A DNA stretch of 64,000 nucleotides, from contig SMSO01000036.1 of NCBI GenBank assembly GCA_004764695.1, forward strand, positions 124,001-188,000, read 5' to 3'. Below are positions 1 to 11,856 of the stretch, one piece after another. Position 1 is the stretch's first letter. Every line of letters begins with the position of its first letter. The translations under genes were made by a program, and so were the position numbers. Under the pieces are notes generated by a model. That model did no database searches. It was not told where the DNA came from and saw only the letters and a program-made list of their open reading frames with translations. Source of the DNA: Schizochytrium sp. TIO01 (lineage: Eukaryota > Protista > Bigyra: Labyrinthulomycetes).

Positions 1-357
1 AACCATAGGTGGAGTTCTGACAAAAGAACCCCAGGAAATTGATTATTGCATTTTAAAAACGTACACATATTTTCTGTTTCATTTTATCTGCTTAGCTCTG
101 TAAGTGTGCTGGATGTTTTTGTGATACATTTGACTTCCTAAAAATCATCAGTTGGCTTGTGAAACTTTAAAAAGGAGAAAAGAAAGACCCCAATGTGGTG
201 TACTTGTTTTGAACAGAAGTCAAGGTCTTTTAAAAAGGACAAGCAGAGACAGGCGAGATCCTTCACAAAGTAAACGAATTGAACGTTTCTCTGGAGGAGT
301 CGGGTGCGTTGAGTTTAGAAATTGTGGAGAAACGAAATGATAGGTTAATGTACTCCA

Positions 358-422
358 GGAAGACGCTTTTGTTTTCAAGAAACGCAATAATAGTTAGAGT
401 TCTCGAAAACAAAACGTCTTCC
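358..422. repeat. Imperfect inverted repeat (hairpin, about 23-bp stem)
   Basis: Left arm ggaagacgcttttgttttcaagaa pairs with right arm ttctcgaaaacaaaacgtcttcc, with one bulge and one mismatch. Confidence 0.75.
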
Positions 423-904
423 CGAACTATGTTGATAATTCGATGAATATCTAGAAAGGTTATGAGAGAAAAAGATTATATATATTTTACTTCATCGACC
501 GACCGAGGATAGAGAGTCTTTTCAGAGTGCAATTTAAGGGAAAGGAAGATCTTATATTGAATGCTTCCGTGACATCTATGCATATAAAAAGAAAAGATAC
601 CCATCATGACTGCAGTTCGATGCAAACTTTAGGCATCAATGTAAAAAAGAGCATTGACGAAACACTGTAAACCAAGGAATAATCCTACAATAAAATTCGG
701 CCCGCTTGCACTAATATGCTCTGCGTGAGAACCTAGTGAATACAGCAGCTATGCCACTTATTAAATTAACTCCTCAAAGGTGCCTTCTTGCAGAGTTTTG
801 TTGTGTCTGTTTATCGTGCAATGGCATCGAACAATGCCCTAGGTGCAGGAGCACAGTAGTTGATGATGCCATGCATATTATACATCAGGATGGTCATCAC
901 AAAC

Positions 905-3281
905 TTAGCAGGGTACGTTGTGGTGTTGTGGATCATAGGGGTTGCAGTCAGACTCAAAAACTTCTGGAACATCGAATCCATCGAAAATGACAGGCAACTC
1001 CGATGACTCTTGGTCGTCAAAGGTCTGAGAAAGGAGAGGGAACAGCTTGCGCATGCGCAAGATGTAAAGAGTAAAGGTAGAGAATGGGCTTCCCAAGAAC
1101 TTGAGAGAATATGAACATACAAGCTGTTCGAGAATTCCCAAAATATCAAAGTACATGGTCGATGGGTATCGTGCAAGGAAAGAATTCAGCTTAACCTGAT
1201 CAAAGTCATGATAAGTGAATATCTCATAACCCATCTCACGAAGTGGGTCAAAATAGGATTGATTGCGTTCATCAGAAGCCACGTATATTTTGTTGGTGAT
1301 TGGCAAGAGATGTTTGAAGCGAGTTCCAAAGTAGTTGGGGTCACGAGCAATATCATCAAAAGCGGCCTCATGGCGTTTGTCACCACGGCGAAGATGAATA
1401 GCGTTATAATTTCCACCCAAAGAGTCCACAAGTTGCATTGCTTGTTCTTTCAATGTATCTGTAAATGTTAGATGATCTTTAACCTCAAGATACTGTGTGC
1501 TGTGCATCAGCAGGTCTACTGTGCGCCACATGGAAAAGTTTGCAAAGAAAAGAAACCGGGAGGGGTCGTTGCTGAACCACTTTTTGATGTCATTATCATG
1601 CCAAATGTTTCCAGCACTCATCTTCCGCGCATCACGCATCACGACACGCCATCCAGTCTCTGATGTGTCTGTAGTGAGGCCTGTACCTGTGAAAATATAA
1701 GGCGTAGCCCCGATGCTGTCGATCCAGCCAAGCAGTGAGAGTTCTTCGGGGATTGTGCGAACTTTGACAACCTCGGAAAGACGGTTGAGGTTGAAAATCC
1801 GCTGCATGCTTACCATCTTACGTGGGTGATGCATATTGTAACGAAAGTAAAAATTGGTATGTTGGCCGATGGGTGGCAGGATGCAAGTGCGGTTAAGAAG
1901 CTTGCAAATGACCAAAGCAGTCTCAAGCTGAATGCGCTGGTTATTGATTCCTCCCGAGGGTTGGTACACGAAGTATCGTTCATCAGACGAAAGATCGTTG
2001 ACAAAGTCGAATTCATTATTGTACTCGGGTAAGGTTTTGGGGAGGACTGGATACGACACATCAGCATCGAGAGCACAACTCGTTTGTTCGGTTTCCGGCT
2101 CAAACAGCCATGTACAGCTTGGGCGTTGGGTACAGGCAGACCAGGTCTCAATATTGTTACACATTTCACGAGGAGTTTTGAGTGGCATAAGCAGAGCCAT
2201 TTTATCGTCAAAAGACATAGTCAAAGAGTTAGGTAACATGTCCTCCTTGCCAAATTCTCGCAGCTGCACAAGATCAAGATCCTTCATGAGACGCCGGGTC
2301 TCAGCAATAAGGTGCATCATCCGAAAACATGATTGGCGTGCAGGCATGTCACGCACCCAAGCACATTCACGACGAATGACGTCATAGGTGCGAAAATTAA
2401 CCAAGTGGGTCGCGTTGATTTTCATATCGAGACGTAAATGTACGATGTTACCCCGATGACCCACAACATGGGATGAAATTGGGATGAATTCCTGCTGAGC
2501 AACCTGCAGCCAGTTTGCAGTAGCCCCTGACTTTTTAATTTGTTCAGTCTTGATGCCCAAAACACGATCTCCTCGATGCACATGGCGGACAAAACTAGGG
2601 TTCTTGGCAGCGCTCATGCCAAGCTCTACTGTGGGTACAATCTGACGATACACGGGAAGCTCTAGAGACTCAACAGAGTAGAATAACAGATGGGTTTTGA
2701 TGCCAAAGACAGCAAGTTCTTCAGGAGTCACGGGCACAGGTTCGAATTCTGTTGAGGACTTGTAGTCATTTAATTGAGCAATTAAGGTAGTAAAGTCCAT
2801 CATGCGAGAAGACGTATTGAAGGCCGCGCCACCTTGAGCAGAGAGATCCCAGGCCTCCTTGGGAGATGTAAGCTCAGAGATCTCCCCTACACTGTCGTAA
2901 AGTGGGTACGATCCACCTTTAGTGAAAACAGGCTGCGCAAGATTCTCCAAGAGCTTGTAACGGGTGCCACCAGAGGGGTTTTTGCTACGACGTGGAGGTA
3001 TAATCTGTTTCTCGGGGTCGGACGCATTGGCATCTTCTGCGCGGGAATTTATGTTGATGAGCTCTTCAGAAGCCTGGAAAGGTCGATTCAAGCTTTTGTT
3101 CGCCTTTTCACCGGATTCAAGCTTGACAACCTCTTGCTGTGATATGTTGTCAAGAAGAGGACCACGCAGCTTTTTCGCCTGCGCCAAAGATTCAGAAACA
3201 GCATTTTTATCTCCATAATATCTTTCTGAACCTGAATCCACGGGCCTTTGTAGTTGGGGTTCATTATCGCTGCTGTATTTC

Positions 3282-3312
<31 letters not shown>

Positions 3313-3847
3313 GAGCATGCTGCTGCTGGTGGTAGAGTTGGTGCCGCTGAGGAAGTCCGAAGCTGTCGTACAAGCTTCCCTGCTGAGCAACGTTGTGCAT
3401 CTGAGAGGATGCTGAGTCAGCTGATGATTCCTTTGCTAGGTAGTGGATTTTATTTGAGTCAGAGGCGGGAATGTACTCTTTCAGGGCGATTAACTCTACA
3501 TTCTGGCCATTTGAAGGTTGATACACGTAGACCAGATCGCCCCACATGGTCGGTTTGGGTACGTACATGATAATCTGCAAGTAGGAGAGTCCGAGCCACA
3601 GGAGAACTGATGTGAAGAAGATCGCTAGCAGCACCAATGAGGAAAGGCTACGAAGCCCGGCTTTGGGCTGGCCGCCTCGGTAGCTCCCTGCGGTACTGTA
3701 TGATGGTGTCTTGACCATATTCGTACCTAGAGCTACGCCTGTTGGAGATGTGACGTTGCCAATGTTTTGTTGGTTTTGCAGGAGCTGTTGCTGCTTGCTC
3801 TCCGACTGAGCCGCATTTTGCCGCCTTCCCACCGAAGACCAGCTCAT
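905..3847 (-). CDS. GDP-fucose protein O-fucosyltransferase family (O-FucT, POFUT-like), type II membrane protein, about 980 aa
   Basis: N-terminal TM segment (LVLLAIFFTSVLLWLGLSYL), poly-Q/disordered stem, and C-terminal GT-B motifs QPSGGINNQR, LNRTCILPP, YNAIHLRRGD, IYVASDE and LEQLVC..FLGSPFSTFT. The ORF-track start at 3886 is TTG, so the start is set to the first ATG (accATG, 3847). Confidence 0.88.
3281..3328 (-). repeat. (CAA/CAG)n poly-glutamine tract inside the O-fucosyltransferase
   Basis: (TGT)n on the + strand; encodes QQQHAQQQQQQQQQQQ. Confidence 0.9.
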
Positions 3848-3867
3848 GGTCTCGCCGCGACGCTTGC

Positions 3868-4480
3868 CTGTGTAGCTCAAATGCAATGCATAGACAAAGA
3901 AGAAGTTCTGTCAGTAAAGTCTGTCACGGCAACTTTTCCGCACCAAATAGCGAATGAATGAATCACTTAAGCAAAAAGTATGACGGGCTGGAAATTTGAT
4001 CCTTCACACAACAACTATACACCCCGCTTTCAGACCTCCTCTTAACTCTCTAACCCAACCGGTTTCTCAAATGATACTCGCGAAGACCCCAGGGCAGCGT
4101 ACTCAGCTTGTTGCTTGCTTGCTTGCTATGCCGCTTCTTTGAAGGCCCTAAGCAAAAGAAGAAAGAAAACACTTGACGTCTGGCTGCTGTGCCTTTCAAC
4201 CTGGACTTGGCTCCAGGACTAGCTAGCGAGACCTTGAACCGTTGGACGTCTCGACGCGTCGTCGAGCGCAAGAACCAACAAATCAAGACTTGGTGGCGCT
4301 TGCGAACGACCTCGGGGCTCCTGAGCCCGTGCCAACTAAAAGATGCCGATGCTGATGCCTCTCGCTATGCTTGTGCCAGTGAACTCCTGCAGCCTTTCTG
4401 GTGAACCCCGCGATATCCCTGCGACCTCCTGCGCTTCCCGCCTTCCTGTGCTCGCCACGCCACTTCTGCCTTGCACGCAC
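3868..4480 (-). other. Putative 5'-UTR intron of the O-fucosyltransferase gene
   Basis: Minus-strand donor CAG|GTGCGT at 4480 and acceptor TACACAG|G at 3868, 20 nt before the ATG. Inferred from splice consensus only. Confidence 0.45.
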
Positions 4481-7400
4481 CTGCTGAGCGATTGGTTGAT
4501 TGAATGTTTGAATGTTTGATCGTCAGTTGATTATTGAAGTTGTTGGCATTTTCAAAGTGCCTTTCAATTGTTGCTTTTTCATCCCTCAATCATCGACTGT
4601 GAATTTCCCATAAGAGTAACCTAATCCTAATGTACTGCCCTTAATCCATTATAACAATTCTTTTTCATCTCTCTTTCCACTTTTCCTTCTTCTTCTTCAC
4701 AGTCGCGGTTCTTAGCAGAGACTAACACTTCGTCAAAGATGGACTCTTAAGAACAAAACCATTTTCCTTCAACTTTAACAATCATGTACCGCCACTCAAC
4801 TTAATGTTGATCATTTCGTTATGATTTTATTAAAAACAATTTATCATTTGTGTTTACACAGAGAGAAAAAAGAAAGAATGAGAGTCCGCCTTTACCCGAA
4901 ACCTCTAGTAGTCATAAGCGTTCTTTTCTTCATTCTTCTCAACTGATCAAACTTTCAAAGAGTGAAAGGGTCTTTTTGGTACTCCTGATTTATTATTTTT
5001 AATTTTTATTTTTATTTCACAACTTAAAAGAAGGGCCTTTTCTCCTTCCTTACAAAACTGTCTTCGCGTGACTGAGATTTATTCATTCATTCACGAAGCA
5101 ACAAGAAAGAAAGCATCACTGCGTGAGTGCGTGCGTGTTGGTTTCAGTCCCCGTCTCGAAGCCTTTCGAGGCGTTCCTGGAGCCTCCTTCCGCACAGCTG
5201 TTTTCGCAGCTCCTGTCCTTCTTCTATCCATCGTCTCAGGAACTTGAAAGACTCCTCCTTTCGCAAGTGAGTGAGTGAGTCGAAGAAAGAACACCAATTA
5301 TCGCCCTTTATACCCTTTATAGCGCGAGGAATTAACTTCTTCGCACATTACATTACTTTGCGTTCTTATGCTGTTCCTCCCAATCAGAGATGACTGAGCG
5401 ACCTTTGTAAATCCAGCTTTGTAAATCCGGCTCGAGCTGCTGCTTCGGCCTCTCCGGGTGCGGTCAAATAAGATCAGACCAATCAGATCGAACCCGGTCA
5501 GGTACGTTATCTTGCTGTAGTTTTTGGCCAACAGAGGCCGTCTTCGTGTCTTCAATCTGGTGCGTTCGAGAGATCAACTTGAAGAACTCCAAACAAACTA
5601 GGCACCGGTCAGCCTAGTCCTCCATAGCCAACTGCTAGCGCGAGAAAGAACTGTGGCATGAGCCACAGACACACATACATACATACACACACAGAGAGAG
5701 AATCAAGGCCAGGAAGAAGAGCTTGATAAAGAAAACCATCGTGGCCTTCTTCGACGAACGCCTTCAATCAATGTCTTCGAAGCATCGATTGCTGTGCAGT
5801 TTGCAAGCTCCTCGTGCAAGTTATTCCTGAGGAGGAGAACGTAGCAGCTCTGGAACCTCAAACAGCCTCGAAATCTGAATTTCAACAAGCGTGCGCCATC
5901 GTTTCTGCATTCTGTGGCTTCTTTTCCAATCAGTGTCCATGCTAGTTCCCCCTTTTCAATCAAGCTCGTACTTACTCGGTACACACCTATAGTTTGGAAA
6001 AGAACGAATCACTACAAGTGTTTACCTGCCTACACCCCCTCTACTGTAAACGTTGAATAGGCTCTACCAGGTACCTATGTATGTACAATGTGCGTATGTA
6101 TGCATGTGTTTACACAAGAGGCAAAGTGTTCCAAAGGCGCTGGAACAATAATAATGCTGCACGTTTTCCTCAGACCTGCGTCGAGATCTCAAAGTGAAAT
6201 AGTCAGAGACTGTTCACCCCAAAGACGAGCCACCGAACGTCTAATGGCGAGCTGGTGCTTGTGTCGAAGAGCATTTTATTTGTCAATGACGGCAGAGCAC
6301 ATCGCCGTGCCATCATGGTGTTCTCTGCACTTTTCTTTATGAACATGGAAGTACTGATATCACAAATAAATAAATAGATAAATGATTGATTGATTTAGAA
6401 AATCACACTGCTAAAGAAACTGATAGCTGAGATACTAGCTAGGTACCTAGCAGGAAGTGGCACGGGAGTGAAACTTTTTTCCTTCTCTTTGGTGTTCTGT
6501 TTCGTTAACTTTGAGCAAGGGAAGAACGGTGCCGAAGTCAAGCTCGCTTGAAATTGCAAGATACGAGAGATTTGAAGAGCGTCAGGGGCTTGTTTAATCA
6601 AGAAAGATTGAGTTCGTGGCTTTACAGAATTACTTGTACAGCCCATACATCGGAACCTCCATTGCTTCGACATGTCAGTCGAAGGTCACGATGGGATCAT
6701 TCTCATCCTCCTGACACCTCACTTTTGGTTTTTCTCAAAGTTTTTTCATGACTTTTTAATAACTTATTCTATATATATACCCTTTTTTTAAAATAAAATA
6801 AAATAGTTCCCCACTATCATGTTTAGTTAATTTTAATTATTAAAAACGATAAATATATATATATATATATTCAATACCTGGTGACCTTCTTTCGTGCGTC
6901 CCATGACAAACCCGGCACAATGAAGGACCACAAACCTCTCAAATCTATGGAAGGGCACTATAATTGGCTTCTATTCCTTTTGTTGCGGCGTCACCGTCAC
7001 TCAATGCGGATTTCCTCTTTCCTGTTTCAACCAATAGAAACCACAACCATCGAAAGAAGAAAGAAAAAGAAGTGCGACTGTCGTTTCATCACCTCATCGA
7101 TGCTTTCCACTTTGAAGCCAATAGATAGAAACTATATACAGATAGATATACATACATACATTCCTATGTTCCAGGGCGGCCCTGATCCATTCCCGTTCCT
7201 GTTCTTTTATGGCTACCGCTTACTATAGGCCTGTTAAGAGGTGAGTGCCTCACTTTTTCACTTTTCATCGATTTTCAAAGTATCATTTAAAATAAAGTTA
7301 AAATTAAAGTTAAAATTAAATACATTGAAATAACATTCCTTCGCGCAAAAGTAAATCATTCAAGATGAGGCCAAATGGAATGAATCTCACGATCGATCGG

Positions 7401-8020
7401 TCGACCGATCGAATTCCTGTTTCATCAGCTCTTATGCTGCTCACGCGTCAGTATCTTCGCTTTCTTCGTTCCGTTTCAAGCAAAGCTGTGCCAGTCTCTG
7501 GTACGATCTGCGTTTTACTGGAGAGGATCAAGATTAACGAGGCAAGAGGTGAAGGGTTAAGAACAAACATCCACGTTGTGAAGAACTTGAGGGCCGTTCT
7601 CTTTTCCCAATACCTAAAAGAACGAAGAGCAGCAAAGAACAACTTTCTTTATATTTCATTTCATTTCTCCATGTCGTCAAAAATTTCAGCCTTAAGTAAC
7701 TTTGGAGCTTCAACTTCGAACACTGTATTCGACGAGCTTAATTAAAGCCACGGGAAAACACGAACCTTCGAAAGAGGCGCGAGTCGAATCAATTTAATTA
7801 TATTATCTATTCTGTTCGCCGCCGTTCACTTCATTCATTCATTCATTCATTCATTCTTTAACTCATTCATTTACACATTCTTTTACTCATTCATTCGTTA
7901 TTTTGCGAACTTGAAGCCCATCGAATCCTCGACCTCCCGAAACCCATGAACAGATGAGTCCTCGACCGCTCAGACCCGACTCTTCAGCGGCAGACTCTCT
8001 CGCGCCATACGCAGCGCAGT

Positions 8021-8110
8021 GCAAAGCAACGCAAAGCAACGCAAAGCAACACAAAGCAACGCAAAGCAACGCAAAGTGACGCAAAGCAGTCAGTCAGTCA
8101 GTCAGTCAGT
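8021..8110. repeat. (GCAAAGCAAC)n decamer array followed by (CAGT)n
   Basis: Read directly from the sequence. Confidence 0.9.
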
Positions 8111-8223
8111 TAGCCAGTCTATCCAATGGTACATCTGTGAACGACTACTGCTACTCATACGTTAGGCAGCTAAGACCATGCGCTCCTTAACTATTGCTGT
8201 GTTCTGTTTGTTCCATTCGTTTA

Positions 8224-8469
8224 TTCATTCATTCATTTTCACTTTCATTGATTCATTGATTCATTCCTTCATTGATTGATTGATTGATTGATTGATTCTT
8301 ACTTTCATTGATTGATTGATTGATTGATTGATTCATTCATTCATTCATTCTTACTTTCATTGATTGATTGATTGATTGATTCTTACTTTCATTGATTGAT
8401 TGATTGATTGATTGATTCACTCATTCACTCACTCACTCATTCACTCATTCATTCACTCATTCATTCATT
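8224..8469. repeat. Compound (ATTC)n/(ATTG)n/(ACTC)n microsatellite with a higher-order unit
   Basis: CTTACTTTC followed by (ATTG)n recurs three times. Confidence 0.92.
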
Positions 8470-9570
8470 ACGCATAATCGCATAATAGATGAATGAAGCA
8501 AGAGAGTCACTGGGACAGAAGCGGAGAGGAGCAGTAGTTAACGCAGCTCTTTCTGGCCTTTTCTAACTCTGTGGGCGAACCGTCAAATTGGTTCCGATTG
8601 GCGTTGAAGGTCGAAGCGTTCTGCTCCAAAGCCTATCGAGATCAAGTCCACTTCTCCGTACGAAGCAGTATCTATCCATCTGTCCATCAGCCACTGCGAT
8701 GGAAGAGAATTCGAGGTGCTCCGTCCGAATTTCCCACGAAAGGCTTCGAGAGTTGGAACCGCCATCCTCCTTGAGGCTTCGAGTCCCATCATATGCGTAT
8801 GTATGTATGTATACCTATGATGATAAGCATTCGTTCTCGAACCACAATCATCAAATCATCAGAGTGGAACTCGCCAACGGAAGGAGATGAGGATGAAGAT
8901 GAAGATGAAGATGAAGATCATGAGCATGAGCATGAGCACGGGGCCTTCGTGGAGCCAACGCAAGTCTTGGCCTCTGCAGGTCCGCAGACTTCAAACCCTT
9001 CGCTCATTTCTGCGAACTCCAACAGAATGAATGAATGAATGAGTGAATGAATGAATGGGCGTCCATCTTGGATCCTACACTTACCGGACGGCGAAGCCCC
9101 ATCTTGGATTTGGGTCCACTCCTACCGTTTGTGATATTCAGCGCTAGGCGGGCTCGCGGCGGTTGATGAGTCAGTCGTCGCACATTACTGGGTCGCTTCG
9201 CTTCGAGGCCGTCCATTATCGTCAACTGCCGCCGCGAAGACCTCTGTCTGAGTGCTTGCCGGCACTTCCCACCTCTTCTTCAACTGCCGTAAAATGGAGC
9301 TGCGCTGTGCGTGTAAATGACCGCGTTACAGCAGCGGCTTTAACGGCAGAGGAGGTTCGGGTTCGACGTTGAAGTTTTGACTTTTGTTGTATGCATGTGT
9401 ACTATCCTTACCCATGACCGTTCCAATCGTTCCTTTCGCAGCGCAGGCTTTTGATGCTTTTTATAAGGAAGGTTTTAAGTGAGGAACGTTCTGTTTCATA
9501 CTTTGCCAGAATTAAAAACCTTTTCTTATTTTAATTTTTATTTTAAACAAGCAAGCAAACGATCACAGCA

Positions 9571-9600
9571 ATTTAATTTAATTTAATTTAATTTAATTTA
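9571..9600. repeat. (ATTTA)6 microsatellite
   Basis: Read directly from the sequence. Confidence 0.9.
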
Positions 9601-11856
9601 AATTTTTGTTTTTATTTTTTTAATATATCCAGAACACGAAAAGAACGGCAGAAAAACGGGGAAAAGAAAAGAGAAAGCAAAAACAGCAAAAGAGACAGAA
9701 AAGAGCTTCTGCTCTCACGAGATTTCCTGTCTGACTGTGGGTACCATTGTCCGTAGAAACCCCCAAAGACCCCAAAGCCCAGGCCGTAAACCCTAGGACT
9801 CACAGGGGGTGTCTTAGGCGCGCGCCTCTGACTAGCTTTCTGCAAAAGTGTTTTGAGAGCCGAATTGAATTCCCACGACTCGGATACAGGAACTCATAGT
9901 GTCTATAATAGAGATTAACAGTCGCTAGGATACCAAAACTAGTAGCTGTTCTGTTCTATTATGTTCTGTTCCAAAGCTGTTCTATTTTGTTTCCATAGCG
10001 GAACGGAGGAACTCGACATGAAGTAAGTAAGAACTTGAACTTTTGCAGTTGATTGATTGCGATGATGATTAGGTATGTCTTCGATGTGGTGATGATAGGG
10101 CGTTGATAGGCGCTCATCTGCAAAGGAGGTCACGCTTAGGCGGAGTTATGAGTTCAGGGAGATGGCTTTTAGCGCGAGAAAATAGTGGAAAAGTGAGGTT
10201 TTTGAGGGATGCTTATCATTGAGAAGAGAAGAAGAGGAAGACTAACGAGTTTGGACTGTAGAAAGCGGTAAATCATAGTGACCAAAGAAAGATCCCAATA
10301 GGTCGCAACTCAAGGATCTTCGCCTGAGCATGATAAGGAAAGGAGAGGCTCAGCAAAAGGGACAGGAACACTAGTTCATTGCTTGCAAAGCTTTTGAAGC
10401 GAACAAGCAATACGTGACTTACATTCACTGCCTCAGACCGACTGAGGGAAGCATGTCACATTATATCTTCATATAAAACGTGAATTAGCAGTGTTCTCTA
10501 CAGCCTCAAACATGGAAAAATGCAAAAAGAAAAACGAACTTTGGGTTTTCGTTGGTGCAAAGATAGAAAGAATCAAGTATGGGTTTGCTCAACGAGTATG
10601 AGGGAGCAAAAGTGTAGTATGAAGATATCACGTCATTAAAGTTGAAAATGAGTGAATCTTTTTATGATTAGCTTTTGCATTCTGAAACTACGTAGCCACA
10701 ATAGTTGCAACCAAGAATCACGCAACTCTGGGAGAAACCAACTTTCTTGAAAAATCAGAAGATCTGATCCCTGTCTTCATCATCGTCAGATCCTTCGGGT
10801 ATACATTTCTAATGTATTGCGGTTGCCAGAGTAACTTTAAGCTCCGATGGCGTGGACATGTGAAATGTAGTGGCGCCAGCAACTTGGGACCATACTAGCC
10901 AAAGGTAGGACTCTGTTTTCACCAAACTAAAAGACCACTCGTGCATAACAGGAGAAAAGGGTTCTAGCTGGCGGGATTAAGAGCAAATCTGGGCTCGCAG
11001 GACGTCCTAGGGACAGAGCTAGTTGAACTTTGCAGGGAATGCAGAGCTCGTCAAGTTGGAATAGTAGTAATTTCATTCTGTTGTTGCGTGGTGTGCTACG
11101 ACATCAAGGAGAGAGAGGCGAAAAGGAGCCCCCTCAAGAATGATAAGATCCAAGATTACAATGGCCTTCGATAATGTGAATTTTGCACTAAGGAATTTAG
11201 ATTATTAAAAAGAGGCGTCGTGTCATCTATATTACAAAGGGTGAAAGCGGTAATAGGCACGCCCGTCAGGAGATAAGATGAGTAAGCATATCGTATCGTT
11301 AAGAGATCTTAGAGTCTGGTCACGTGTTCGAAAGTGTTCTGCTACAAAGAGAACCCCAATATCTCGTAATGGTCATATACAAGGTTCGTTTGTATCATAT
11401 GGAATACCTCACTTTGGCGATCCTTCGTCGTTTTGACGGTTCTTTGCAGGCCAAAGGATAATTGTAAATGAGGCCACTTTCGTTGTGAAGCATGAACCGT
11501 TTCAAAGCAAAATTCATGTGTTCGTGGAGTAAAAAACAAATATTAACGTATACGATGGAAAGAATACCAGCTCTGTACAAGACGGCAAATGATTGGATTT
11601 TTTTTAACTCTATAAAAAAAAGAAAAGGTCTATCAATACTAAAGAGACACCACATCACCCAAACCAAGTTTGAGTTTTGATGACGATGTAAATTGGTTGC
11701 ACAGAGGAAGACACATTAACCTTGTTGCAGCTCCGGATAAAAAAGTCAGCGAAGAGGGACTTTTTATAGGTTCACAATTCAGCAAGAATGTCAACCAATG
11801 TACACGTCAAAAGAACAATTTATTGATGGCATGTAGAAACTGAAGGAAGCTGGCGC

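Noticed and set aside
8021-8469. CRISPR-like or telomeric array
   Set aside because: Simple tandem repeats without unique spacers or cas genes, and not a telomere motif
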